Below are positions 45,229 to 55,394 of a stretch of DNA of 64,000 nt, one piece after another. This stretch comes from Clostridia bacterium (lineage in GTDB: Bacteria; Bacillota; Clostridia; Oscillospirales; CAG-272), in contig JAFVUB010000009.1 in NCBI GenBank assembly GCA_017502915.1, forward strand, positions 6,232 through 70,231, given 5' to 3'. Position 1 is the stretch's first letter. The number at the start of each line of letters is the position of its first letter. The notes under the pieces were generated by a model. It was not told the DNA's origin and did not search any database. It saw only the letters and a program-made list of their open reading frames with translations. The position numbers and the translations under genes are program-made.

Positions 45229-45786
45229 ATGGTAGTAGCAGGCGATTTCAAAAACGGTATCACCTTTGAGATGGACGGTCAGGTCTATCAGGTCATCGAA
45301 TTCCAGCACGTTAAGCCCGGTAAGGGTGCCGCGTTCGTTCGCACCAAGCTGAAGAACGTTATCTCGGGTGCTGTCGTTGAGAAGACCTTCAGCCCGACCG
45401 ATAAGTACGAGAATGCTTACATCGAGAGAAAAGAGATGCAGTATTCTTACAATGACGGCGATCTCTATTATTTCATGGATATGGAAACCTTTGAGATGCT
45501 GCCCCTGAACAGCGATAAGCTTCCCGACAACTTCAAGTTCGTCAAGGAAGAGATGATGTGCAAGATCATTTCGTATAAGGGCAACGTTTTCGACGTTGAG
45601 CCCCCCACGTTCGTTGAGCTGGTCGTCACCTCGACCGAGCCCGGCTTTGCAGGAAACACCGCTCAGAACACCCTCAAGCCCGCAACGCTTGAGACCGGTG
45701 CTGAGATCAAGGTCCCGCTCTTCATCAGCGAGGGCGAGCTTCTTAAGATAGACACCCGTACCGGTGAATATCTCGGCCGCGCTTAA
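45229..45786 (+). CDS. efp: Elongation factor P
   Basis: The sequences [37 protein letters not shown] and [11 protein letters not shown] are present. Confidence 0.9.
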   Translation: MVVAGDFKNGITFEMDGQVYQVIEFQHVKPGKGAAFVRTKLKNVISGAVVEKTFSPTDKYENAYIERKEMQYSYNDGDLYYFMDMETFEMLPLNSDKLPDNFKFVKEEMMCKIISYKGNVFDVEPPTFVELVVTSTEPGFAGNTAQNTLKPATLETGAEIKVPLFISEGELLKIDTRTGEYLGRA

Positions 45787-45840
45787 TTTTAAGCCTTAAC
45801 GAAAATTAAACGCCGCGCACGCGGCAGAACGGAGATTTTT

Positions 45841-46254
45841 ATGACTCTTATTGAAAAGGCGGCATACCTGAAGGGTCTTGCCGATGGACTGAAACTTGAC
45901 AAGGAGACCGCCGAGGGCAAGCTCATCGGCGCGCTCATCGACATCGTCGGTGACCTTGCAAACGCTCAGGCAGATACCGACGAGGATCTGCAGTATCTGA
46001 ACGACTATATCGAAGAGATCGACGAGGATCTCGGCTCGCTTGAGGAAGAGATCTACGACCTCGAGGACGATGACTGTGACTGCGATTGCTGCGACTGCTG
46101 CGATTGCTGTGACGATGAGGACGAGGACGACGGCTTTGAGATCACCTGCCCTTCCTGCGGCGAGATCATAGTTCCGCTTGATATCGACGAGGAGGACCTC
46201 GTTTGCCCTCATTGCAACGAAAAACTCATCTACGAGTTTTCTGACGAGGAGTAA
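45841..46254 (+). CDS. Acidic protein with a Cys/Asp repeat and a C-terminal zinc ribbon
   Basis: 137 aa. Residues 79-90 read CDCDCCDCCDCC within an acidic D/E stretch (aa 74-97), followed by CPSC...CPHC. The gene lies directly downstream of efp. Confidence 0.65.
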   Translation: MTLIEKAAYLKGLADGLKLDKETAEGKLIGALIDIVGDLANAQADTDEDLQYLNDYIEEIDEDLGSLEEEIYDLEDDDCDCDCCDCCDCCDDEDEDDGFEITCPSCGEIIVPLDIDEEDLVCPHCNEKLIYEFSDEE

Positions 46255-46339
46255 TTGACCTGTAATAAAAGGCTCAGCGACGCGCCGCTGAGCCTTTTTC
46301 TTTCCGAAAGCTCTTGACATCGGTGAAAAAATGTGATAT

Positions 46340-46630
46340 TATAAGCTAAACCGTTAAAGGAAGAGTAAGTAGGTCGGGGTAACGACTTCACAGAGAGCCG
46401 CGGAAGCTGAGATCGCGGTATGTTCTCCTCTGCCGAATGGACTTCCGAGGGTCGGCTGAAGGCGCTTTGGCGTTGCGTATGCCGAACGGAGAGGCACTCT
46501 GTTAGCAAGGGCAGCATATTATCTAACGATGTGCAAAAGGTGGGCGAGTTTTCGCCAAGCAGGGTGGCACCGCAAGAGGTTTCGTCTCTTGTCCCGGCAT
46601 TTCACGGGACAGGGGATTTTTATTTTCCGC
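46340..46630 (+). promoter_or_regulatory. T-box riboswitch leader, Trp (UGG) specifier
   Basis: Elements seen: AGAGA (46392-46396) and GCTGAGA in stem I; GAA-TGG-A specifier context with TGG at 46438-46440; T-box core AGGGTGGCACCGCA (46561-46574); terminator tgtcccg...cgggaca plus a T-run (about 46588-46627). Confidence 0.8.
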
Positions 46631-46663
46631 CTGCTCCGAATCTAAACAAGGAGGACAATAGCT

Positions 46664-48031
46664 ATGTCCGATACTAAAATCCCTTATAAGATCTATCTTT
46701 CGGAGGACGAGATACCGAAAAAATGGTATAACCTCCGAGCCGACATGAAAAAGAAGCCGGCGCCGCTGCTCGACACGAAAACGATGCAGCCCATAACGCT
46801 CGAGGCTCTGTCCGAAGTCTTTTGCCGCGAGCTCGCCGAGCAGGAGCTCAACGAGACCGACGCTTATATCGACATTCCCGACGAGCTGATCGACTTCTAT
46901 AAGATGTATCGTCCCGCGCCGCTGATCCGCGCCTACTGCCTTGAAAAGCAGCTCGGAACGCCCGCCAAGATATACTATAAGTTCGAGGGCAACAACACCA
47001 GCGGAAGCCACAAGCTCAACTCCTCTATCGCGCAGGCGTATTACGCCAAAAAGCAAGGTCTTGAGGGTGTCACGACCGAGACCGGAGCCGGTCAGTGGGG
47101 CACGGCACTTTCGATGGCTTGCTCCTATTTCGGACTTGACTGTAAGGTCTTTATGGTCAAGGTCAGCTACGAGCAGAAGCCGCACCGCCGAGAGGTCATG
47201 AGGACCTACGGCGCGTCGGTCACCCCCTCCCCCTCCGAAACCACCGAGGTCGGCAGACAGATCCTTGCCGAGCATCCCGGAACGGGCGGCTCGCTGGGTT
47301 GCGCCATCTCCGAGGCGGTCGAGGTGGCTATGAACTCTGACGGACGCTACCGCTACGTTCTCGGAAGCGTTCTCAATCAGGTCCTTTTGCACCAGTCGAT
47401 AATCGGTCTTGAAGCCAAGACCGCGCTCGATAAATATGGCGTCAAGCCCGATATAATCATCGGTTGCGCCGGAGGCGGCTCAAACCTCGGCGGACTCATC
47501 GCCCCCTTTATGGGAGAAAAGCTCCGCGGCGAGGCAGACTACCGCTTTATCGCCGTTGAGCCGGCGTCCTGCCCGTCGCTTACCCGCGGCGTTTACGCCT
47601 ACGACTACTGCGACACGGGACGCATCTGCCCGATGGCAAAAATGTATACCCTCGGCTCGGGCTTCATTCCGTCAGCCAGCCACGCCGGCGGTCTTCGCTA
47701 CCACGGTATGAACTCGGTCCTTTCCGAGCTTTACGATCAGGGTCTTATGGAGGCGGTATCGGTCGAGCAGACGTCGGTCTTCGCCGCCGCACGCGAGTTT
47801 GCCCGTATTGAGGGAATACTGCCCGCCCCCGAGTCGTCGCACGCCATTCGCGTTGCCATCGACGAGGCTATCCGTTGCCGCGAGACCGGCGAGGAAAAGA
47901 CCATCCTCTTCGGACTGACCGGAACGGGATACTTCGATATGGTCTCCTACGAAAAGTTCAACAACGGAGTCATGACAGACTATATCCCCACCGACGACGA
48001 GATCGAAGCCGCCGTCAGCAAGCTCAAATAA
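46664..48031 (+). CDS. TrpB-like PLP-dependent enzyme (tryptophan synthase beta, type 2)
   Basis: 455 aa, the long TrpB2-type length. The PLP-lysine context is TSGSHKLNS, and GGGSN is present. No trpA gene is adjacent. Confidence 0.8.
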   Translation: MSDTKIPYKIYLSEDEIPKKWYNLRADMKKKPAPLLDTKTMQPITLEALSEVFCRELAEQELNETDAYIDIPDELIDFYKMYRPAPLIRAYCLEKQLGTPAKIYYKFEGNNTSGSHKLNSSIAQAYYAKKQGLEGVTTETGAGQWGTALSMACSYFGLDCKVFMVKVSYEQKPHRREVMRTYGASVTPSPSETTEVGRQILAEHPGTGGSLGCAISEAVEVAMNSDGRYRYVLGSVLNQVLLHQSIIGLEAKTALDKYGVKPDIIIGCAGGGSNLGGLIAPFMGEKLRGEADYRFIAVEPASCPSLTRGVYAYDYCDTGRICPMAKMYTLGSGFIPSASHAGGLRYHGMNSVLSELYDQGLMEAVSVEQTSVFAAAREFARIEGILPAPESSHAIRVAIDEAIRCRETGEEKTILFGLTGTGYFDMVSYEKFNNGVMTDYIPTDDEIEAAVSKLK

Positions 48032-48070
48032 AAAGCTATCCCGACAGCCAAGTGCTGTCGGGATAGCTTT

Positions 48071-50530
48071 TTATTCTTCAACGCTTCCGTTGACGGCTTT
48101 TTCGTAGAATTCCTGCTTGGTGATGAGTATGCGGCGGGGCTTGTTTCCGTCAGCCTCGCTGACGTATCCCAGCTCCTCCATACGGTCGATGATCTTGGCG
48201 GCACGTCCGTAACCGATCTCGAGCTTACGCTGGAGCAAGGAGGTCGAGATCTTGTTTTCCTGTATCGCGATCTCAACCGCCTGCCGGAACTTTATGTCGC
48301 CGTTCTCCTCTGACATATCGGCGGCGTCAAGAGCCGCGCCTCCCGTCTTCTTCTCGCCAACGTTCATAGCGGCCGCCTCCATGCTGTCCATAAAGGCACT
48401 GTTGTACTCAACCGGCGCATTGTTTGCCTTGATAAAGTCAACGATACGACCGACCTCGGCATCCTCAAGGAAGGCTCCCTGAACGCGCATCGGCTTGGCA
48501 AGACCTATCGGTGAGAAGAGCATATCTCCCTGTCCGACCAGCTTCTCGGCGCCGCTGATGTCGAGTATCGTTCTCGAGTCGACCTGCGACTTGACCGTGC
48601 AGGCGATACGCGACGGAACGTTTGCCTTGATAAGACCGGTGATAACGTCGACCGACGGTCTCTGCGTACCGATTATCAGGTGTATACCAACCGCTCTCGC
48701 CTTCTGGGCGATACGGGTTATGAACTGCTCAACGTCTGCCTTTGCCATCATCATAAGGTCGGCAAGCTCGTCGATAACTATGATCAGCTTGGGCAGATAC
48801 TCGCGGTCGGGATCGCGAGCCGTGGCTTGGTTGTAGGCGTCGACGTCACGAACTCCGACGTCCTCGACCAGCGTATAGCGTCGCTCCATCTCGGCAACGG
48901 CTGAAGCCAGCGCACCCGCCGCCTTTCTCGCGTCGCTGATGATCGGGCAGTAAAGGTGCGGAATATGCTGATAGATGCTGAACTCGACCTTCTTCGGGTC
49001 TATCATAATGAGCTTGACCTTGTCGGGCGAGTTCTTGTAAAGCAGGCTGCAAACGATACCGTTGATACAGACCGACTTACCGGATCCCGTGGTTCCCGCG
49101 ATTATAACGTGCGGCATCTTCTTGATGTCAAAGAAGATATTCTTACCGCCGACGTCCTGACCGAGAGCTACGGTCAGCGGCGAGGAATTGCGGAAGGTGT
49201 CGGTATCTATCAGCGAGCGCAGTCTGACGGTGGCACGAACGGTGTTCGGCACCTCAACACCAACTGCCGGCTTGTTCGGGATCGGAGCCTCGATACGAAT
49301 GTCTCCCGCCGCGAGGTTGAGAGCTATGTCGTCAACAAGGTTTGCAATAGCGCGAACGCGAACGCCCGAGTCGGGGAAGATCTCGTAACGGGTGATAGTC
49401 GGTCCAACCGAGCAACCGATGTCCTTAACGCGGATATCAAAGCTCGTAAGAGTTTCAAGCAGCTTGCGCTTGGTAAGTGCGATAGCTTCCGAAAGGTCTG
49501 CCTTCGAGGTCTTGTCCTCAACCAAAAGATCAATGGGAGGCGCTATCCATTCCGCCTTCTCGGGGATAGGCTCGACAACACTCTCGCCATCCTCGTCAGG
49601 CGCGCCGAAGACCTGCGGCTCGCTATCTTCCTCGGCACTCTGCAAAGTGCCTTCGGGGGCGTTTTCATTGAACACCGCTTCAAGCTTAAAGCTTGAGGTC
49701 GTGCCGTCCTGCGAAACGATCTCGATAAGCGGCTCTTCCTTTTCGGTGACGATCGGATCGGCGTCGAGCGGCTCCTCTTTGTAAAGCTCGGACGGATCGA
49801 TCTCCTCCTTCTTTTCGGCAAGCTGAGCGGTCTTTTTCTCCTCTGCCTCCTTGGCGGCAAGCTCACGGCGAACGGCAACACGCTCGGCGTGCAGCGCGCG
49901 GCGGAGCTTTATCCACTCCATGACCTCAAGCGGCGTGATGCCTATTATGAGCAGTGCCAGAATGAAGACGAGAACTGCCAACAGTATCGTCGAGCCGACA
50001 ACGCTCAGACCGACGTACGAAAGCCAGCCGAGCGAGCCTCCGATGAATCCTCCGCCGATCATTTTGCCTCCGCGTACGAAAAGCTCAGCCACTCCGGCGT
50101 AAGCACAGGTCTGAGGGTCGGGGCAGGCGGACGAGAGATATATTACCTCGAAAAGCGCCGAACAAAACAGCACTATGAGCGAAAGCAGTACGGTCTTCAC
50201 GGCAACTCTGCGGCGGTCTATCAAGCGACGCCACAAGCAACCAAGATATACAAAAATTCCTATTACAAGATACGCGCCGAGCCCGAAAAGTCCGCACAGT
50301 ACGATCGTCACGCCTTCTCCGAGCGCTCCGACCAGTCTCCACGGCAAAAGACAGAGCAGCAAAAACAGCGCCAGAACGAACCAGATAAAGGGCATGAATT
50401 TGTGTATCAAGCGCTCGGAGGGGCGCTTCGTTTCGCTCTTTTTCTTGCTCTTTTTATTGGCGGCAGCACTTTTCGAGCCGCTCTTTTTCGAAACGGTTAT
50501 TTTTCGTTTATTTTCGTTATTCCCTGCCAT
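48071..50530 (-). CDS. ftsK: DNA translocase FtsK/SpoIIIE
   Basis: N-terminal TM segments. Motifs: GTTGSGKS and VIDELADLMM. A C-terminal gamma winged-helix is present (ISTSLLQRKLEIGYGRAAKIID). Confidence 0.9.
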   Translation of the reverse strand: MAGNNENKRKITVSKKSGSKSAAANKKSKKKSETKRPSERLIHKFMPFIWFVLALFLLLCLLPWRLVGALGEGVTIVLCGLFGLGAYLVIGIFVYLGCLWRRLIDRRRVAVKTVLLSLIVLFCSALFEVIYLSSACPDPQTCAYAGVAELFVRGGKMIGGGFIGGSLGWLSYVGLSVVGSTILLAVLVFILALLIIGITPLEVMEWIKLRRALHAERVAVRRELAAKEAEEKKTAQLAEKKEEIDPSELYKEEPLDADPIVTEKEEPLIEIVSQDGTTSSFKLEAVFNENAPEGTLQSAEEDSEPQVFGAPDEDGESVVEPIPEKAEWIAPPIDLLVEDKTSKADLSEAIALTKRKLLETLTSFDIRVKDIGCSVGPTITRYEIFPDSGVRVRAIANLVDDIALNLAAGDIRIEAPIPNKPAVGVEVPNTVRATVRLRSLIDTDTFRNSSPLTVALGQDVGGKNIFFDIKKMPHVIIAGTTGSGKSVCINGIVCSLLYKNSPDKVKLIMIDPKKVEFSIYQHIPHLYCPIISDARKAAGALASAVAEMERRYTLVEDVGVRDVDAYNQATARDPDREYLPKLIIVIDELADLMMMAKADVEQFITRIAQKARAVGIHLIIGTQRPSVDVITGLIKANVPSRIACTVKSQVDSRTILDISGAEKLVGQGDMLFSPIGLAKPMRVQGAFLEDAEVGRIVDFIKANNAPVEYNSAFMDSMEAAAMNVGEKKTGGAALDAADMSEENGDIKFRQAVEIAIQENKISTSLLQRKLEIGYGRAAKIIDRMEELGYVSEADGNKPRRILITKQEFYEKAVNGSVEE

Positions 50531-50655
50531 TTCGTCCTCCGGAAAAATATATCTTCAAAAATCGGGGTATGCTATTTAATGAATTGCAGCTTACCCTTTA
50601 ATTATATCACACTTTTACCGCAAATGCAATAAATTTTCAAGAAGGACGATAAATT

Positions 50656-51045
50656 ATGAGGCTCTTAACTGACAGGTCGGGACGAACGTCCTCTCTTAGA
50701 CTGATCGCGATCGGCATCGCGGCGGGAATCGTTAACGGACTGCTCGGTGCCGGCGGCGGTATCTTGATAGTTTTCGGCGTCTCTCCCCTGCTCGCCACTG
50801 ACCGACAGGGTCAGCGGGACGTTTTTGCGAACGCCCTTGCCGTTATGATGCCGGTGTCCATCGTGTCGGTCATCAGCTATATTCTCGCGGGCAGGCTGGA
50901 CGGAGCGCAGTTCGGTCTCTACGCCCTTCCCGCCGCGCTCGGCGGCGTTCTCGGCGCCTTTCTGCTCGACCGCATAAACCTTACGTTGCTCAAGCGACTT
51001 TTTGCCGTCATCGTAATTTGGTCGGGACTTTATATGTTGTTTTAA
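50656..51045 (+). CDS. TSUP (TauE/SafE) family half-size membrane protein
   Basis: 129 aa. The sequence GIVNGLLGAGGGILIV is a TSUP signature. Confidence 0.65.
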   Translation: MRLLTDRSGRTSSLRLIAIGIAAGIVNGLLGAGGGILIVFGVSPLLATDRQGQRDVFANALAVMMPVSIVSVISYILAGRLDGAQFGLYALPAALGGVLGAFLLDRINLTLLKRLFAVIVIWSGLYMLF

Positions 51046-51054
51046 GGGGGACGA

Positions 51055-51405
51055 ATGGTAGTCGTTGACCTTTTGGCGTCCTTTTCGATCGCCGTTCTTT
51101 CGGGTATGGGGATCGGTAGCGGCGGTCTGTTCGTCATCTATCTGACGCTCGTTTCGAGCACACCCCAGCTCGCGGCGCAGGGACTAAACCTTCTGTTTTT
51201 TCTCTTTTCGTCGGGTTCGGCGCTGCTATACCACCTTTTTCGCCGACGAATATTCTGGAACGCCGTTCTTCTTCTGACCGTGACCGGCATTTTAGGCTCA
51301 CTGCTCGGAAGCTTGATCGCCGGCGTTCTGCCGGTGCCGATCATCAAGCGTTTGTTTGGCGCGATGCTACTTCTTTCGGGCGGAGTTGCCCTTTTCAAAA
51401 AATAA
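51055..51405 (+). CDS. TSUP (TauE/SafE) family half-size membrane protein
   Basis: 116 aa containing GMGIGSGGLFVIYL. It starts 9 nt after the previous gene. A terminator hairpin lies at about 51407-51431. Confidence 0.6.
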   Translation: MVVVDLLASFSIAVLSGMGIGSGGLFVIYLTLVSSTPQLAAQGLNLLFFLFSSGSALLYHLFRRRIFWNAVLLLTVTGILGSLLGSLIAGVLPVPIIKRLFGAMLLLSGGVALFKK

Positions 51406-51434
51406 CCGACGAACGGTGCGTTCGTCGGTTGTTT

Positions 51435-53591
51435 TTATAATTTGGTTCTTTTCAAAAGCAGTGAGTTGGTGACCACCGAGACCGAGCTGAACGCCATAGC
51501 CGCCCCCGCAACGACGGGTGACAGCAGTCCGACAGCCGCCAGCGGTATGCCGATGCTATTATAGAAGAACGCCCAGAAAAGGTTCTGCTTTATCTTGAGC
51601 ATAGTCGCGCGAGAGAGCCGCACCGCCGTCGGAAGCAGGTCTATTCCCTGACCGACCAGAACGGTATCTCCCGTTTCAATGGCTATATCGCTTCCGCTCG
51701 CAACGGCAAAGCCAACGTCTGCCGCGGCAAGTGCCGGCGCGTCGTTGATCCCGTCTCCCGCGACGGCGACAAGACCGTATTTTTCTCTGATACGTTCAAG
51801 CGCCTCGACCTTTCCGTCGGGCAGGACCCCTGCCACAAACTCGTCAATGCCGAGCCTTTGGGCAACGACCCTTGCCGTTCCCTCGTTATCTCCCGTGACC
51901 ATTACCGTTCTGATCCCCAAGGCTCTCAGCTCCGCGATCGCTCTTTCCGAGCTTTCACGGATCGGGTCTGCCACAGCAATAACGGCTACGAGACTGCCGT
52001 CAAGACTCATCGCCATGACCGTTTTGCCCTCGCCCTCAAGCGCCGAGATACACACTCTTTGTTCGTCGGTGGCTACCGACTCGTCTATTATCCACGACGG
52101 CTTCCCGATGCAGACCCTTTTTCCGTCCACCGCAGCAAGCACTCCAAGCCCCGCCTTCTCCTCAAAGCTCTCGACGCTGAGAGACGCATTCGGTCTGTAC
52201 GCCACGATAGCCGAGGCTATCGGATGCCCGGACACCCCTTCAAGGCTTGAGGCAAGCTCTGCCGCCTCATCTCGGTCGATGCCAAAGGTCAGAAAATCGG
52301 TCACGGTAGGTCTTCCCTCGGTCAGAGTTCCCGTCTTGTCAACTATGATCGCGCCGATGCTACAGGTCTGCTCGAGCGCGTCGGCGTTTTTGATGAGTAT
52401 TCCCCGTCCCGCGCCTCTGCCGATGCCGACCATCAGAGCCGTTGGCGTTGCAAGTCCGAGCGAGCAGGGGCAGGCTATGACGAGCACCGACACCGCGCAG
52501 CTTATAGCTGTCGTCAGATCTCTGAAAACGAGATTTAGCGCCAATGTTATGAGAGAAATAGCCATAACGGTGGGCACGAAGATAGCCGCCACGCGATCGG
52601 CAAGCTTTTGAACGCTCGCCTTTGAGGACTGCGCCGTCTCAACCATTCGTATGATCCCGGCAAGCAGAGTCTCCTGACCTATCCCCTCGGCTATCATCGT
52701 CAAAGCTCCGTTGCCGTTGACCGTTCCGCCGAAAAGACCATCTCCAACCTTTTTTTCAACCGGAACGCTCTCGCCGGTGAGCATAGACTCGTCTACGACC
52801 GAGCGTCCGTCAAGTACGCGACCGTCCACCGGAATGCTCTCACCGGGACGAACGACAACTTGATCGCCCTTGACGATCTCTCCGACAGCCACAGTTACAT
52901 AACGTCCGTCGCGAAGCACCGTAGCGCTTTTGGGAGTGAGATCCATAAGCTTTGACACCGCCTCCGAGGTTCGGTTCTTGGCGCGCATCTCGAGCATTTT
53001 TCCGAATAAAATAAGGGTTATTATGACGACCGAGCTTTCAAAATAGTAGTCCGTCCCGCCCGACAAAAGGTTATAAAGGCTATATCCCCACGCCGAAAGC
53101 GTTCCGACCGAGACCAAAAGATCCATACCGGGACTTTTGTTTTTCAGCGACAGTACGGCGGCTCGGTAAAATCTGAACCCAACCCCGAACTGCACCGGCA
53201 AGGACAGCGCAAGCTGCAGCCAGCCTGCGTGATGAAGGGCGTGCGTCAGCTCGGAGTGAGGCGCGACAAGCATCATTATCATGAGGAAAAGAAAGGGCAA
53301 CGAAAAGACTGCCGAGATCGCGAAGGCGACCGTCAGTCGTTTCATTTCGCTTTTGCGGAACTCAGCGGGGTCGATTATGACCTCGTATCCCGCGCCCTTG
53401 ATCGCTCGGGTCAGTCTTCTTCGGTCGACCCTTTGAGGATCGTACTCGATCTCGGCTCTCCCCAATGCGTACGAGACCGAGGCGGTAATTACCCCCTCGG
53501 TCTCCAAAAGCGCGTTCTGGGCGGCGGCAGCGCAACGAACGCAGCTCATTCCGCCTATTTTCAAAGTAAGAGTTTCACTTCTTTTGTTCAA
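51435..53591 (-). CDS. copA: Copper-translocating P1B-type ATPase
   Basis: HMA domain GMSCVRCA; TM CPC motif ([11 protein letters not shown]); DKTGTLT; GDGINDAP; Cu-type determinants YN (FFYNSIG) and MAFSS. TTG start at 53591 with an AGGAGA RBS. Confidence 0.85.
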   Translation of the reverse strand: MNKRSETLTLKIGGMSCVRCAAAAQNALLETEGVITASVSYALGRAEIEYDPQRVDRRRLTRAIKGAGYEVIIDPAEFRKSEMKRLTVAFAISAVFSLPFLFLMIMMLVAPHSELTHALHHAGWLQLALSLPVQFGVGFRFYRAAVLSLKNKSPGMDLLVSVGTLSAWGYSLYNLLSGGTDYYFESSVVIITLILFGKMLEMRAKNRTSEAVSKLMDLTPKSATVLRDGRYVTVAVGEIVKGDQVVVRPGESIPVDGRVLDGRSVVDESMLTGESVPVEKKVGDGLFGGTVNGNGALTMIAEGIGQETLLAGIIRMVETAQSSKASVQKLADRVAAIFVPTVMAISLITLALNLVFRDLTTAISCAVSVLVIACPCSLGLATPTALMVGIGRGAGRGILIKNADALEQTCSIGAIIVDKTGTLTEGRPTVTDFLTFGIDRDEAAELASSLEGVSGHPIASAIVAYRPNASLSVESFEEKAGLGVLAAVDGKRVCIGKPSWIIDESVATDEQRVCISALEGEGKTVMAMSLDGSLVAVIAVADPIRESSERAIAELRALGIRTVMVTGDNEGTARVVAQRLGIDEFVAGVLPDGKVEALERIREKYGLVAVAGDGINDAPALAAADVGFAVASGSDIAIETGDTVLVGQGIDLLPTAVRLSRATMLKIKQNLFWAFFYNSIGIPLAAVGLLSPVVAGAAMAFSSVSVVTNSLLLKRTKL

Positions 53592-53604
53592 AGCTTTCTC
53601 CTGT

Positions 53605-54522
53605 TTAGCTCAAAAATCCTTCTATGATCTTTGCCTCGGCTTCCTCCTCGGTCATTCCAAGGGTGCGAAGCTTGAGTATCTGCTCGCCGGCGATCTTACC
53701 GATAGCCGCCTCGTGTATCAGCGCGGCATCGCCGTGATTTGCGATAAGGCGGGGGGCGGCGTTGACCGACGCTTTGTCGGCAATAATGGCATCGCACTCC
53801 GAGTGTCCGCTGCAGGGCGCGTTTCCGACGATATCCGAGGTATAGACCTGCTTCGACGTATCGCGGGCAACGGCACGCGACACGATGTCCGCCGCCGAGT
53901 CAAGTCCGTTCAGCTCGACCTTGAAATTCGTTTCGGCAAACTGATCCTTCGCCGTCAAAAGTCTTTCGCGAACGAGCAGTCTTGCTCCCTCCTCGCAAAC
54001 GGCAGAGGTATTACGTACCGAGCGGTCAACTCCGCCGATCTGCTCGGTATCCATTTCAAGGACCGAGTTTTTGCCGAGGAAGACCTCGGTCACGGGGTCT
54101 ATGCTTCGGCCTCCGCTTCCCATACCCGTTCCGATATGCTTTTCAAGGTATTTAACGCGCGAGCCCTCCTCAAGGAAGAAGCGGTGGATACCGTTATGTC
54201 TTGCATCGTGACCGTCCGAGGTGTGAACTCCGCAGCCCGCAACGATAACGACATCGGCATCCTTTCCGACGAAAAAGTCGTTGTAAACGAGGTCGTTGAC
54301 ATCCCCGTGAGTGACGCACGCGGGTATATATACCGTCTCTCCGACCGTTCCCGCCGCGATGCGAATGTCGATACCCGGCTTGTCGGTCTTGTTCTCTATC
54401 TTTATATTTTCGCTCGACTGACGGCCGGCACAGCCGCCGTCCTCTCGGATGTTGTACGCCCCCTTGAAATCGGGCTTGAAGTCTGTGATCTGACCGAGCA
54501 GCATTTTGGTTATATCATTCAT
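53605..54522 (-). CDS. SufB/SufD-family Fe-S cluster assembly scaffold protein
   Basis: Trimmed to MNDITKML. The C-terminus [34 protein letters not shown] is typical of SufB/D. The start overlaps the sufC stop by 8 nt. Confidence 0.75.
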   Translation of the reverse strand: MNDITKMLLGQITDFKPDFKGAYNIREDGGCAGRQSSENIKIENKTDKPGIDIRIAAGTVGETVYIPACVTHGDVNDLVYNDFFVGKDADVVIVAGCGVHTSDGHDARHNGIHRFFLEEGSRVKYLEKHIGTGMGSGGRSIDPVTEVFLGKNSVLEMDTEQIGGVDRSVRNTSAVCEEGARLLVRERLLTAKDQFAETNFKVELNGLDSAADIVSRAVARDTSKQVYTSDIVGNAPCSGHSECDAIIADKASVNAAPRLIANHGDAALIHEAAIGKIAGEQILKLRTLGMTEEEAEAKIIEGFLS

Positions 54523-55249
54523 TGAACGCCACCTCCTGCTTACGGCAGGCGTATGCCGCACTGCCCGACGATAAGACCCTCTCCATCATTTCGTTGGCGG
54601 GTCCGGACGCACCGAGCTTACCGTCGGAAAGCAGAACGATCTCGTCTGCAATTCGCAGTATTCTCTCCTGGTGCGAGATTATTATAAGTGTTCCCCCCAG
54701 CTCCTCGTGGATGCGGCGGAACGCCTTTATCAGATTTGCAAAGCTCCAAAGGTCGATTCCCGCCTCGGGCTCGTCGAAGATCGAGAGCTTGGTTCCGCGG
54801 GCTATGACCGAGGCAATCTCGATTCGCTTGATCTCGCCGCCCGAGAGCGCCGAGCTGACCTCGCGTCCGAGATATTCGCTCGCGCAAAGACCGACGTTAC
54901 CCAGAATATCACAAAGCTGGGCGTCGCTAAGCTTACGGTCGCCTGCCGACCACTGAAGAAGCTGACGTACCGTCACACCCTTGAAGCGGACCGGCTGCTG
55001 GAAGGCAAAGCTGACGCCGCGGCGGGCGCGCTCGGTCACATCAAGGTCGGTTATGTCCTCTCCATCAAGATAGATCTTACCGCTATCGGGGGTAACGATA
55101 CCGGCAATTATTTTGGCAAGAGTGGTCTTGCCGCCGCCGTTCGGTCCGGTGATGACCACCAGCTTACCGTCGGGTATTGTCAGGTTCACGCCGTCGAGAA
55201 CACGGTTTCCCTCGGGAGTGCTCCACGATATATTTTCAAGTTTTATCAT
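54515..55249 (-). CDS. sufC: Fe-S cluster assembly ABC ATPase SufC
   Basis: Motifs: GPNGGGKTT, LSGGEIKR and LSIFDEPEAGID. Confidence 0.85.
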   Translation of the reverse strand: MIKLENISWSTPEGNRVLDGVNLTIPDGKLVVITGPNGGGKTTLAKIIAGIVTPDSGKIYLDGEDITDLDVTERARRGVSFAFQQPVRFKGVTVRQLLQWSAGDRKLSDAQLCDILGNVGLCASEYLGREVSSALSGGEIKRIEIASVIARGTKLSIFDEPEAGIDLWSFANLIKAFRRIHEELGGTLIIISHQERILRIADEIVLLSDGKLGASGPANEMMERVLSSGSAAYACRKQEVAFNE

Positions 55250-55394
55250 TTAAGTCTCCTTGTTTTTCAAAAACATCCATTCATTGTTTATTATATACCT
55301 TTTAGGCGAATTATGCAATAGTCTTTCGGGATATTTTATCGCAAAGGCGCAAAAAAGCGATCATTTACCTTTTTGGGCAAACGACCGCTTTTCG

